Assembly: GCF_028368995.1 (NCBI RefSeq)
Contig: NZ_JAQNDL010000004.1
Location: forward strand, 608,001-672,000
Source: Nannocystis bainbridge
Lineage (GTDB): Bacteria; Myxococcota_A; Polyangia; Nannocystales; Nannocystaceae
Length of the DNA stretch: 64,000 bases
Reading direction: 5' to 3'
Position numbers and translations under genes: made by a program. The notes beneath the pieces are model-generated. The model had not been told where the DNA came from, ran no database searches, and worked only from the letters and a program-made list of their open reading frames with translations. Shown in pieces: positions 45,291 to 54,713 of this stretch; position 1 is the stretch's first letter, and each line of letters opens with the position of its first letter.

Positions 45291-46520
45291 TCAGTGCGGC
45301 CAGATCTTCGCGGGCACGCAGACGTCGCGCTCGCCCTCACCGCGACGGCATTGCAGGCCCGGCTCGCAGGCGCAGTCGCGGCAACAGGTCTCGGTGGTTT
45401 CGTCCGGGTCGCAGCGGCCGTCGCCGCAGCGTGGATCCGGCGGAGCGACCGGGGTCTCGGTGCGCTGCCACAGGGTCAAGCAGCGGCCCTCGGCGTCGCA
45501 GCGCGAGCAGGAGGACGGGCACGGCGGAGGGCGTGCGGCCGGAGGTTTGCCTGCGGCCGTGAGGGGCGCGGCGACGTCGCTCGGACTGGCCACGGCGACT
45601 TCGGTGGGTCCGGTGACGGGGCGTTCGCTCGGGGTCGCGGCTTCGGCCGGAGTGCCGCAGTCGTCCTCGCAGCGGCCGACCTCGCCGTTCTCGCAGCGGC
45701 CGTTGCCGCACCACACCTGGCGGCAGCGCGGGTCACCGTCGTGGAGCTCGTCGCGGAAGGTGTCGAGCCACGCCTCGAGCTCCTTGAGCTCCGCGGGGCT
45801 GGGCACGCCGATCCGGGCCCAGCGGACGCGCCGGTTGCAGTCGAGCGCGAGGGTGACGGGCAGGGTGCCCTGGTAGAGGCGGCGCGAGTCGTCACGCAGA
45901 GCGGCGACGAAGCTGTCGGCGAGCGAGCGATCGGCCAGCTGGATGGCGCTGGAGGGCATGAGCGGGCCCCAGGTGCGGATGGCGTCCTCGGGGGCGGTGG
46001 GGTCGAGGACCTGGATCGGGAGGAAACGGACGGCGTCGCCCCAGCTGTCACCACGCTCGGCGAACAGCTGGCGCAGATCGGGGAGGACCTCCTTGCAGGC
46101 GGTGCACCAAGGGGCCCACAGGCTGAGGACGTGCACGGCCCGCGGCGACAGCACGTCGGCGGCGCCGAACCGCACGGTGCCGGCAGGAGCGCCGTGGCGG
46201 ACCCGCTCGAGCCGCAGACGCATCAACGGGGCGACGTCGACGCCGGCGGCCACGTAGGCGCCCGAACCGAGAGCGGCGCTCGGCGGGGGCGGGGCGGGCT
46301 CGATCTCGCGGAGAGGCTCGGAGGAGGTGGTGACGCGAGGCTTGCACGCGGCGGCTCGCTCGCGCAGCTCGGCCAGCGCCTCGGTCTGGGCGGCGAGGCG
46401 CCAGGTCAGCACCAGGGTGAGGCCGGACAGCAGCGCGACGGAGGCCAGGAGCACGAAGGCGGCCCCGATCCACGCGCGCGGGGCCTCCGGGTCGGGGGTC
46501 GGCAGCGGGGTGGTCTTCAC
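45291..46520 (-). CDS. Membrane-anchored TlpA/ResA-like thiol-disulfide oxidoreductase with Cys-rich C-terminal repeats
   Basis: N-terminal TM, LWAPWCTACKEVLP (WCxxC), TLPVT cis-Pro loop, and CGNGRC/CGDGRC repeats. Confidence 0.8.
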   Translation of the reverse strand: MKTTPLPTPDPEAPRAWIGAAFVLLASVALLSGLTLVLTWRLAAQTEALAELRERAAACKPRVTTSSEPLREIEPAPPPPSAALGSGAYVAAGVDVAPLMRLRLERVRHGAPAGTVRFGAADVLSPRAVHVLSLWAPWCTACKEVLPDLRQLFAERGDSWGDAVRFLPIQVLDPTAPEDAIRTWGPLMPSSAIQLADRSLADSFVAALRDDSRRLYQGTLPVTLALDCNRRVRWARIGVPSPAELKELEAWLDTFRDELHDGDPRCRQVWCGNGRCENGEVGRCEDDCGTPAEAATPSERPVTGPTEVAVASPSDVAAPLTAAGKPPAARPPPCPSSCSRCDAEGRCLTLWQRTETPVAPPDPRCGDGRCDPDETTETCCRDCACEPGLQCRRGEGERDVCVPAKIWPH

Positions 46521-46533
46521 GCCGGGCCTCGGT

Positions 46534-46692
46534 TCACTCCGGCGCCTCGCAGCAGGTGCAGGCGTCTAGCGTTTGGGACATGTCTCTTCGCACCTGTACG
46601 AAGCGCCAGATGCCGATCGCGGCCGCGGCGACCGCGACCGTCGCGGCCAGGCTGGCGGCGAGCAGCAGGCGGCGGGCGGTGGCGGGCTTCAT
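46534..46692 (-). CDS. 52-aa single-TM microprotein with C-terminal CxCC
   Basis: ATGA overlap with the upstream stop; MKPATARRLLLAASLAATVAVAAAAIGIWRFVQVRRDMSQTLDACTCCEAPE; the next gene starts 13 bp after its stop. Confidence 0.6.
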   Translation of the reverse strand: MKPATARRLLLAASLAATVAVAAAAIGIWRFVQVRRDMSQTLDACTCCEAPE

Positions 46693-47708
46693 CGGCCGGG
46701 GTCCTTCGCGCCGGTGCACGGGACCGGGATGACCAGGACCACGCGGTTGACGTCGCGCTCGAGCGTGCGGCGGGCGGGCACGGGTTCGCCGGCGCGCACG
46801 GCCGCGAAGGCGGCGGCGAGGCGCTCGCTGTCGGCGCGGGTGGCGGCGATCGGGGGCTGGGCGCCGGCGTAGTTGCGCACGAACGCCTCGAGCGCGACGG
46901 GCCGCTCGCTCGGGGCGCCCCAACCGATGAGCATCGGGCCCTGGCCGCGCTCGCTCGGCTTGTCGCGGCCGAGGGCCTGGTCGATGAGGCGCTCGACGGC
47001 GTTGATCCGCCGCAGCGCCAGCGCGTGGTCGTCGGTCGGGTTGCCGTCGGGGCTCGATCGGCCGATGACGAACAGCATCTTGGCGTCGCGCAGGGCCTTG
47101 GCGTGGCGCGCGAGCTCGCCGACGAGGTGGGCGCGGGCGGCAGGATCGGGCCAGGGCTGGCGCGCGCGCGGCTCGCCCGAGGGGAAGTAGACGGTGAGGC
47201 GATCGGGGAAGGCGGCGAGCAGGGCGTTCATCTCCTCGTCGTCGGCGAGCAGGGCCCGCCACTCGTCGGCGCTGCAGCCCCCGCCGCCCTCGACCTGGTC
47301 CTGCACGCTGGTGCGCCGCTGCAGGCACGCCTGCGTCAGCCGCGAGACGGCCGCCTCGACCGCGGGCGAGCCGCAGGTCGGGGCCGGGGCCTCGGGTTCG
47401 CCGCGCGGGCGGCAGCGCAGGTCGGCGCCGCACTGCAGGCCGACGTCGCACGGGCAGTCGCGGCACTGCTCGCCGCGCTGCGCGACCGGGGGCTCCTCGT
47501 GCGGGGTGCACTCGCCGTGCACGCACCAGTGGCCGTCAGGGCACTGCTCCTCGTCGGGCCGGCGCGGGTCGCAGCGCTGCTCGCTGGCGCCTTCGACGGC
47601 GGTGGACGGGATGGAGACCACCGCCCAGGCCACGAATACGACCATCGCCCAGACGCCGGTCGTCAGGGCGATCAAGGTCACGGTGAGCCGATCGAGCGTC
47701 ATCGCCAT
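46689..47708 (-). CDS. Membrane-anchored Cys-rich protein with OmpA-like peptidoglycan-binding domain
   Basis: N-terminal TM, a Cys-rich segment, then VYFPSG...VIGRSSPDGN...ALALRRINAV...NRVV, resembling OmpA_C. Confidence 0.7.
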   Translation of the reverse strand: MAMTLDRLTVTLIALTTGVWAMVVFVAWAVVSIPSTAVEGASEQRCDPRRPDEEQCPDGHWCVHGECTPHEEPPVAQRGEQCRDCPCDVGLQCGADLRCRPRGEPEAPAPTCGSPAVEAAVSRLTQACLQRRTSVQDQVEGGGGCSADEWRALLADDEEMNALLAAFPDRLTVYFPSGEPRARQPWPDPAARAHLVGELARHAKALRDAKMLFVIGRSSPDGNPTDDHALALRRINAVERLIDQALGRDKPSERGQGPMLIGWGAPSERPVALEAFVRNYAGAQPPIAATRADSERLAAAFAAVRAGEPVPARRTLERDVNRVVLVIPVPCTGAKDPGR

Positions 47709-47798
47709 GAGAGTCTCACTCCGCGCCGCCGGGCTCGCAGACGACGCCGGCCGACCGGGCGATCGAGGTGATAAGGGATCGATGGATCGTCATCGACA

Positions 47799-49064
47799 TC
47801 ACTCGGCGGCCGGGGCTTCGACCAGCTTGAGGATCTTGCCGGCGCTGGTGGCCGGCATGGCCTCGCCCAGGCGCAGCTCGCCGGCCTCGATCGGGACCAC
47901 GAAGGCCTGCGGCACGCCGACCCGGCCGCCGCGCGCCTTGACCCACGCGAGCAAGTAGCGCTGCTGGGCGGCGAGGGTGGCCGCGGCGTCCTCGCCGTCG
48001 ATGCAGGTGCGCAGGCGGCCGCCGGGGCCGAGCACGTCGGCGACGTCGCCGAGCGCCCGCTCGACCTTGTCGGTGGTGAAGCGCGGGGCCTCGGTGTCCT
48101 GCAGGTCGAACAGCGCGGCCAGGCCGTCGAGCCCGCGCCCGGGGGCCAGCCGCTCGACGCACAGGGCCGCCAGGGCGGCGAGGCAGGCGTTGTTGCTGCG
48201 CGCGTCGCCGTGGGTCTGCGGCTTGCCGTCGCCGTCGACGAACTCGTGCGACGGCAGGTAGCGCTCGTCGCAGACGGCGCGCGGGAACATGTAGACCCAC
48301 AGCTCGGCCCCGTGGGCGCGCAGCCGCGGCAGCGACTGCTGCAGGAAGTGGAGCTCGCGCCGGCACAGCGGGCAGGTCGGATCGACGAACAACATCACCG
48401 CGAGGCGCGGGTCGTCGACGGTGGCGGCGAGCGTGACCGGCGGCGGATCGGGCGGCGGCGGCGGGCAGGTCACCGAGCGCGCGGCGAGTTGATAGGCGAG
48501 GGCGAGGCCGCCGGTGGTCAGCGCCCACACCAGCGCGGCCCGCACGGCGCCGACCTTGGCATGTCCCTCGGGACAGGTCGGCGCGGCGCCGCGGACCAGC
48601 AGCGCGCCGACGAGGGCGACGGTGTAGGTGGCGTAGAGGCCGACGCACAGCGGGCACATGTGCGCGAAGCTCGTGAACGCGTGCACGCCGAGCGCCAGCG
48701 ACACCGCGAACCCGAACACGCCGAGGCCGAGCAGCCCGCGCGCGGCGACCTCGGCCAGCGGCCCGCGCCGGCGCAGCACCGCGACCGCTAGCCACATGGT
48801 CGTGAAGACATGTCCGATCGACCAGATGGCGAGCGGCAGCCCGAGCACCTGCGACCAGCCGCTGGCCAGCGCCTCGGCGCAGGCCGGGCCGTCGTCGCCG
48901 CCGGGGCAGCCGCTGGCGTCGCACAGGTGGTCGGCGCCGAACTTGAGCCGCACCAGCCAGGCGCTGACGAACAGGCCGGCGAGCCCGGAGGCGAGCGTCA
49001 ACCACGCGCCGGCGCGGACCCGCGGCGCGAGCTCGGACGGGGTGGCGATCGTCGGCTCCGTCAC
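47799..49064 (-). CDS. VKOR (vitamin K epoxide reductase) family protein fused to a DsbA-like thioredoxin domain
   Basis: GTGA overlap with the kinase stop; loop cysteines and C.EALASGWSQVLGLPLA; TM CPLC; then FVDPTCPLC and GVPQAFV. Confidence 0.85.
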   Translation of the reverse strand: MTEPTIATPSELAPRVRAGAWLTLASGLAGLFVSAWLVRLKFGADHLCDASGCPGGDDGPACAEALASGWSQVLGLPLAIWSIGHVFTTMWLAVAVLRRRGPLAEVAARGLLGLGVFGFAVSLALGVHAFTSFAHMCPLCVGLYATYTVALVGALLVRGAAPTCPEGHAKVGAVRAALVWALTTGGLALAYQLAARSVTCPPPPPDPPPVTLAATVDDPRLAVMLFVDPTCPLCRRELHFLQQSLPRLRAHGAELWVYMFPRAVCDERYLPSHEFVDGDGKPQTHGDARSNNACLAALAALCVERLAPGRGLDGLAALFDLQDTEAPRFTTDKVERALGDVADVLGPGGRLRTCIDGEDAAATLAAQQRYLLAWVKARGGRVGVPQAFVVPIEAGELRLGEAMPATSAGKILKLVEAPAAE

Positions 49065-50737
49065 TTGCCCCCCACGGGCAAGAGGTCGTCGTCCATCGCG
49101 TCCTTGCTCGCCTTCTTCTTGGCCGCCGGCTTGGCGGTCGGTTTGGCCGCGTCCCTGGCCCGGAACGCGTAATCGAGCTCGCCGCCGCCGTCGCTCGCGG
49201 GGAACACCACGCCGTCGAGCTGGGCGGCGATGCACTGGCGAAACGAAGCCGGGGTCGCCTGGACGTCGGCTACCGCACCGTCGGGGGCCACGTGCAGGGT
49301 GAAGCGCAGGCGGTCCGCGCCCGGAGCGGCGCACACGCGCAGGTCGGTCCGCAGGCCGTCGAGCTGGGCCTCGATCTTGCGGGCCGAGAACGGCCGCGGC
49401 GGCGTGGGTGCGGCGATCTCGGCCGGCAGCGGTGTAGCGACGGGCGGCGCCGCCTTCATGGGCGCCGCATCACTCGGTGGCGAATCACTCGGTGGCGGAT
49501 CACGCGGTGCTTCGACGGGGGCAGGCTTGTGCGCGGCCTTCGTCGTCGGCGCCGCGGCGGCAGCGGACCTGGCCTTCGGGTCATGCGACGCGTGGGTCGG
49601 CATCGGTCGCACCGTCACCAGCGGCACCCGGCCCGAGCCGCCGCGCGCGGGCCTGGTGACCGGGGCCAGCGACCACGCGCCGCCGAACAGCGCCGCGGCC
49701 AGGGCCGCCGTGATCGCGGCCTCGCGACGCCAGCTCGGCCCGCTCGTCGGCCCCGGCCGCACCGCCGCCTCGCGCAGCGCCGAGCCGCTCGGCGGGACCG
49801 CGCGCGGCTCCTCGAGCGCCAGCCGCAGCGCCGCGGTGACCTCCTCGACCGAGCGGAACCGCCGCGACGGGTCGCGCTCGAACGCCTGCATGACCGCGGC
49901 CTCGACCGTCACCGGCACCTGGCCGCGCACGTGATCGTGGAGCGGCCGCGGCGTCTCGTGCATCTGCGCGTAGGTGATGTCGCCGGCGCTGCCGGGCTGC
50001 CACGGCAGGCGCCCGGTCATGAGCTTGTAGAGCGTGACGCCGAGGCCGTACACGTCGGTCGTCGGCGACGCCCGCGACTCGCCGGCCAGCAGCTCGGGCG
50101 CGACGTAGCCGGGCGTGCCGAGCACCAGGCCGAGGCCGGTCTGCTCGCCGCTGGCGTCGAGGTCCTTGGCGATGCCGAAATCGATCAGCTTGACGAGATC
50201 GTCGCCGGCGTCGCCGCCCTCGACGAGGAAGCAGTTCGACGGCTTGACGTCGCGGTGGATGATGTTGCGGGCGTGGGCGGCGGCCAGCGCCTCGCACAGC
50301 TGCAGCCCGACCCCGGCCGCGCGGCGCCACGGCAGCGGGCCCTCGCGCGTGAGCAGCTGGTCGAGGTCGCGGCCGCGCAGGAACTCCATCACGAAGTAGA
50401 TCTCGTTCTCCGGCGTCGTGCCGACCAGGAAGGCCCGCGGCACGTGGCGACTCTCGATCTCCGCCATCGTCCGCGCCTCGCGTTGGCAGCGGCGGCCCAT
50501 GTCGGGGTCGGCCGTGAAGCGGCGGTCGAGGAACTTGATCGCGTACTCCATGCCCGACTGGCGATCGACGGCGCGGTAGACCGCCGCCATGCCGCCCTTG
50601 CCGAGGCGCTCCATGATCCGGTAGCGATCGGCGAGGAGGATGCCGACGCGCGTGTCGGCCGGCGGCGCGTGCATCGTCGAGGTCTCGTGCGTCTCGGCCC
50701 GCTCCGCCTCGCCGAGCTCCTCCTCGGTGAACTTCAC
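49061..50737 (-). CDS. Membrane Ser/Thr protein kinase (Hanks type)
   Basis: LGKGGMAAVY, YAIK, HRDVKPSN, DFGIAK and GTPGYVAPE; TM; Pro-rich linker; C-terminal Cys-bridged TonB-C/AgmX-like domain. Confidence 0.95.
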   Translation of the reverse strand: MKFTEEELGEAERAETHETSTMHAPPADTRVGILLADRYRIMERLGKGGMAAVYRAVDRQSGMEYAIKFLDRRFTADPDMGRRCQREARTMAEIESRHVPRAFLVGTTPENEIYFVMEFLRGRDLDQLLTREGPLPWRRAAGVGLQLCEALAAAHARNIIHRDVKPSNCFLVEGGDAGDDLVKLIDFGIAKDLDASGEQTGLGLVLGTPGYVAPELLAGESRASPTTDVYGLGVTLYKLMTGRLPWQPGSAGDITYAQMHETPRPLHDHVRGQVPVTVEAAVMQAFERDPSRRFRSVEEVTAALRLALEEPRAVPPSGSALREAAVRPGPTSGPSWRREAAITAALAAALFGGAWSLAPVTRPARGGSGRVPLVTVRPMPTHASHDPKARSAAAAAPTTKAAHKPAPVEAPRDPPPSDSPPSDAAPMKAAPPVATPLPAEIAAPTPPRPFSARKIEAQLDGLRTDLRVCAAPGADRLRFTLHVAPDGAVADVQATPASFRQCIAAQLDGVVFPASDGGGELDYAFRARDAAKPTAKPAAKKKASKDAMDDDLLPVGGK

Positions 50738-50979
50738 GCCGCGAGGCTAGCCGCGGCGCAGGCCCCGGTAAAGTGGGCCGCGCGGCCGCGAGGGCACCCG
50801 GCGCCGACCGCGGGCACGGGCCCGGCCGGCCGCGCGGCGCCGACGGGGTGAGAGGACCGCGCAGAGCTGCGTGCCTCATCCGAGGCAGCCAGGCCCCGAC
50901 GGTCGCGCGCCTCCGCGCGACTTCCGCGGTGCCCGCGAGACGCGTGGGCGACCGCGGCTTCGGGGGTCGGTCGCGGACG

Positions 50980-51021
50980 TGGTCGATCGGACATGTCCGA
51001 AAGACCATGCGCGTCGAAGCC
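50980..51021. repeat. Two to three 14-bp units in a divergent intergenic region
   Basis: TGGTCGATCGGACA/TGTCCGAAAGACCA/TGCGCGTCGAAGCC. Confidence 0.65.
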
Positions 51022-51091
51022 CCTCGCGCCCCGGCGAATCGCGCCGTCTTCGACGGTGATGCTGCCCGCCGTCGGCTGATACACGCTGACG

Positions 51092-51322
51092 ATGGGCGAG
51101 CAACGAGGCGAGGACGAGGGCAGCGCGGGTCATGACGGCCAACCTACGCCTGCACACGGGTCCGGCCAGTTCGACTTCTTCGCCGCCTGCGGCTACTTCT
51201 GGCCCGAGAACGACAGCGGCTGCGATACGCCGGGGCTGGTGGCCGGGGCCGAGGCGGCGACCGGGCTGAGCCTCACCACGTTCGCGGGCTGCTACGAGGC
51301 CAGCAGCTTCTCGCTCGATTGA
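51092..51322 (+). CDS. Small hypothetical protein or gene remnant
   Basis: The 3' half has strong GC3 codon bias and natural composition (FDFFAACGYFWPENDSGC); no recognisable family. Confidence 0.35.
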   Translation: MGEQRGEDEGSAGHDGQPTPAHGSGQFDFFAACGYFWPENDSGCDTPGLVAGAEAATGLSLTTFAGCYEASSFSLD

Positions 51323-51485
51323 TGAGCCGGCGGTGCTTGCGCGTGATGAATGCGAGCACCGCCGAGATCGATGAATTCGCGGCCTCCACCGCCGCTCGCG
51401 CGACGCGTCGCGGCGGCGCCCGGCACAGCCCGGTTGCGGCGCCGGCGTAATGGCGCATGCCTGGCCGCGAACCGGACGACGCATC

Positions 51486-52082
51486 ATGAACGAGAAGACG
51501 ACCGCGACCCTCACGACCTACATCACGGACATGCACGCGCTGGTGAACCACGGCCTGCGAGCGATCGACCGCCAGGCGCGCATGCTGACCGGATCGAATC
51601 ATTTGCAGGCGCTGGGCGCGGTGCAGGAGTTTCAGCGCACGCTCGAGAATCACCGCAAGCTGCTCGACGCGCGCGCCGAGGCGCTCGGCGGCAAGGTCAC
51701 CCAGCCGTTCAAGGACGCGGTCACCACGGTGACCGGCTTCCTCGCCGGGCTGACCAACCGGGTGCGTCCGCTGTCGGCCTGCAAGGCGATCCGCGACGAC
51801 TACACGTACCTCTCGCACGTGGCCGTCAGCTACCTCATGCTGTTCACCACGGCGAACGGCCTCGGCGACAGCGACACCGCGCTGCTGGCCGAGCAGGGCT
51901 ACCGCGACGCGGCCCGCATGGTGATGCACATCGACCGGATCTTGCCGAGCCTGGTGGCGCAGGAGCTCCGCGAGCACAACCTGCCGATCGCCGACCTCGA
52001 GCACCAGAGCCGGACGATGCTGGCCCGCGCGTGGAAGCGCGAGGAGTCCGAGCTCGGGCTCGAGTCCGGCGCGATCGCCTGA
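51486..52082 (+). CDS. Ferritin-like (DUF892-like) four-helix protein
   Basis: LTTYITDMHAL...AIDRQ, K.IRDDYT and YLMLFTTA.GLGD..TA.LA pattern. Confidence 0.6.
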   Translation: MNEKTTATLTTYITDMHALVNHGLRAIDRQARMLTGSNHLQALGAVQEFQRTLENHRKLLDARAEALGGKVTQPFKDAVTTVTGFLAGLTNRVRPLSACKAIRDDYTYLSHVAVSYLMLFTTANGLGDSDTALLAEQGYRDAARMVMHIDRILPSLVAQELREHNLPIADLEHQSRTMLARAWKREESELGLESGAIA

Positions 52083-52205
52083 GGCGAGGCCCGCGAATCA
52101 TCACACCCCGCATTCGCGCCCCGGCGCGAGCGCGGGCGTTCGCGTTGGGTCGCGGCGGCGATGATTCTTGCGCGCGAGTGCGATTCATGACACCGGGCGT
52201 CGGTT

Positions 52206-53156
52206 GTGAATGAGGGCAGTAGCGAGCAAACTCTCGGGGTGCGCCTCGGCCTCTGCTGTACGTTCCTCGACGAGCCGATCAAGTTCCGCCACACGACCGC
52301 GCGGTTCGTCGGCGGCAAGCCACGCGCGGCCCAGCGGCTGTTCCTCGGCGAGCTCGCGCTCGCCAACGCGGACGCGCTGGCGGCGGCGGTGGGCTGGTGC
52401 GCGGCGCGGGGGATCGGCGCCTTCCGCATCTCTTCGCAGTTGTTCCCGCTGGTGACCCACCCCGATGTCGGTTACGCGCTGGAGGAGTTGCCGACGTGGA
52501 GCGGGCTGGAGCGGCGGCTGACGGCGGTGCGCGAGCTGGCGCGGGCCAAGGACGTGCGCTTGAGCTTTCACCCCGATCAATTCGTGGTGCCCGGCTCGGC
52601 GTCGCCGGCGGTGGTCGAGAGCTCGCTGGCGGAGCTCGAGCACCATGGGCGGATGGCCGAGCTCGTCGGCGCCGAGCAGGTCACGTTGCACGGCGGCGGG
52701 GCCCAGCCGGACAAGGCGACGGCGCTGGCGCGGCTCGAGCGCGGGCTCGATCGCCTGTCGCCGCGGGCCCGCGCGGTCATCGCCCTCGAGAACGATGACC
52801 GCGTGTTCACCGTCGACGACCTGCTGCCGGTGTGCGCCCGCGCCGGGCTGCCGCTCATCCACGATGTCCATCACCACCGCTGCCTGCCCGGGGCGACCAG
52901 CGTGGAGGACGCCATCGAGCTGGCGGCCGCGACCTGGGGCGCGCGCGAGCCGTGGGCCCACGTGTCGAGCCCGAAGGGCGGGTGGGACGGCAACAAGCAG
53001 CCGCAGCACCACGACGACTTCGTGCGCCCGGCCGACGTGCCGCGCGCGTGGCTGGGGCGCCGGATCACCGTCGACGTCGAGGCCAAGGCCAAGGAGCAGG
53101 CGGTCCTGCGGCTGGCGAAGTGGGTGGCGACGCAAGAGCGCGAGCGCGCGGCGTGA
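52206..53156 (+). CDS. uvsE: UV DNA damage repair endonuclease
   Basis: RLGLCC, FRISSQLFP..THP, RLSFHPDQF, LHGGG, LENDD, DVHHH, HVSSPK and VEAKAKEQA. Confidence 0.93.
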   Translation: MNEGSSEQTLGVRLGLCCTFLDEPIKFRHTTARFVGGKPRAAQRLFLGELALANADALAAAVGWCAARGIGAFRISSQLFPLVTHPDVGYALEELPTWSGLERRLTAVRELARAKDVRLSFHPDQFVVPGSASPAVVESSLAELEHHGRMAELVGAEQVTLHGGGAQPDKATALARLERGLDRLSPRARAVIALENDDRVFTVDDLLPVCARAGLPLIHDVHHHRCLPGATSVEDAIELAAATWGAREPWAHVSSPKGGWDGNKQPQHHDDFVRPADVPRAWLGRRITVDVEAKAKEQAVLRLAKWVATQERERAA

Positions 53157-53167
53157 GGCGTCGAGGG

Positions 53168-53209
53168 TGCGCGAAAGGACATGTCCGAACGGGCATGTCG
53201 TGAAGGACA
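53168..53209. repeat. Three 14-bp units between convergent genes
   Basis: TGCGCGAAAGGACA/TGTCCGAACGGGCA/TGTCGTGAAGGACA, 11 bp after the uvsE stop. Confidence 0.85.
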
Positions 53210-53251
53210 TGCGACGTCTCGGACCCGCCGTGACGCAGGATCGGGCGCGCC

Positions 53252-53869
53252 TCAGCCGACCGGCACGACCGGCAGCTTGGCGCCGTCGCGGGTCACGACG
53301 TGCTGGGGGACGATGACGGTGTCGCGTGGATCGAACCCCATCTCGATCCAGCTGCCGGGGGCGAGCGCGGTGGCGACGTGGGGCTCGAACGCGTGAGCCA
53401 CGGAGACGCGGGACTGCGGGCCGGGCTCGCGCGAGGTCCAGACGGTGAGCGCGAGGCTCACGCGGTAGCCGATCAAGGGGTCCGGACCCGAGTCGCTGCG
53501 GCCGAGGAGGCGCTCACCGAGCTCGCTGGCCTCGACTTGCCCCCACGCGGGGACGAGGCGGTCGAGCCGCTCCGCGTGCGCCTGCATGGCGGCTGCGTAC
53601 CGCCTGCGCGCGCGACTGCGGGCGACCGCCGCGGCCACCCCACCGGCCGTGCCGACCGCGACGCAGCCCCATCCGAACGGTCCGTGGTCTTCGAGCTCGC
53701 CGCCGAACTCGCGCATGTCGATCGGCTTCTGGTTGATCTGGAACACGCCGAACAGCACCAGCCCGAGCGCGCAGAAGACGTACGCGATCGTCGAGAGATC
53801 GGGCGGCGGGGTCGGCTCACGCACGATCGCGGGCGGCCACCAGGGCGGGGAAGGATGGGGCGTCGTCAT
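53252..53869 (-). CDS. Hypothetical membrane protein
   Basis: Two hydrophobic segments followed by a small beta-rich domain; GC3 bias. Confidence 0.6.
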   Translation of the reverse strand: MTTPHPSPPWWPPAIVREPTPPPDLSTIAYVFCALGLVLFGVFQINQKPIDMREFGGELEDHGPFGWGCVAVGTAGGVAAAVARSRARRRYAAAMQAHAERLDRLVPAWGQVEASELGERLLGRSDSGPDPLIGYRVSLALTVWTSREPGPQSRVSVAHAFEPHVATALAPGSWIEMGFDPRDTVIVPQHVVTRDGAKLPVVPVG

Positions 53870-54035
53870 GCGTGCGGCCGAGGTCCTCGGCCCCGAAGGT
53901 TACGCCACGGGGCCGAGGAAAGGGGCGCGCAGCAGCGCGAGCGTCCTCGTGGGCGGCGTGCGAGTCCTGCCGTTGGCTCGCGCAGGGACGACGGCGCGCG
54001 GCTGCGTGAACCGTCGGGAGCGAGGACGATCGCTA

Positions 54036-54713
54036 TCACGTCGGCGCTCGCGTGGCGGACGGATTGCCGTGCGTGAGCAGGCAGTGGCGCAGGCCCTCGC
54101 GCAGCGACGGCAGGCAGTGCAGGTCGCGGGCCGTGCGATCGAGGCCGGCGAGGGTCTGCGCGACGGGCGGGCTCACGCCGGTGATGATGGCGCGGCAGCC
54201 GACGAGCTTGACCGCGCGCACGAGCTGCAGGAGGTGATCGGCGGTGCCGGCGTCGACGCCCTCGACGCCGGTGAGGTCGACGAGCGCGGCGCGGGCCCGC
54301 GAGTCGACCACGCGCTGCAGCAGCGCGTCGGCGACCGCCAGGGCCCGCGCGCGATCGAGGGTGCCGACCAGCGGGACCGCGAGCACGCCGTCCCACACGT
54401 CGAGCACCGGCGTCGAGAGCTGGTGGATCTCGAGCCGCTGCGTCTCGATGAGCGCCAGCTTTTGCTCGATCTCCTGGTTGGCCTGCAGCAGCGCCGCGAG
54501 CACCCGGTCGCGCTCCTCGTGCGACGCCTTGAGCTCGGTGATGAACAGCCGCAGGCCCTCCTCGAGCATGCCGAAGGCGTCCTCGCGCGACTGCGAGAAG
54601 TGCTCGAGCGCGCCGTCGAACTCGCCGACCGAGGCCAGGCCGATGACGGCCATGATCCGGTCGAAGCGCTCCGAGTCGGTAGTCAGGGCCTCGTCGAGCT
54701 CACTGGTGGACAT
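54036..54713 (-). CDS. RsbR-like STAS domain protein
   Basis: Coiled coil followed by LSTPVLDVWDGVLAVPLVGTLD..RA, DLTGVEGVD..TA and ITGVSP.VAQTL. Confidence 0.9.
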   Translation of the reverse strand: MSTSELDEALTTDSERFDRIMAVIGLASVGEFDGALEHFSQSREDAFGMLEEGLRLFITELKASHEERDRVLAALLQANQEIEQKLALIETQRLEIHQLSTPVLDVWDGVLAVPLVGTLDRARALAVADALLQRVVDSRARAALVDLTGVEGVDAGTADHLLQLVRAVKLVGCRAIITGVSPPVAQTLAGLDRTARDLHCLPSLREGLRHCLLTHGNPSATRAPT

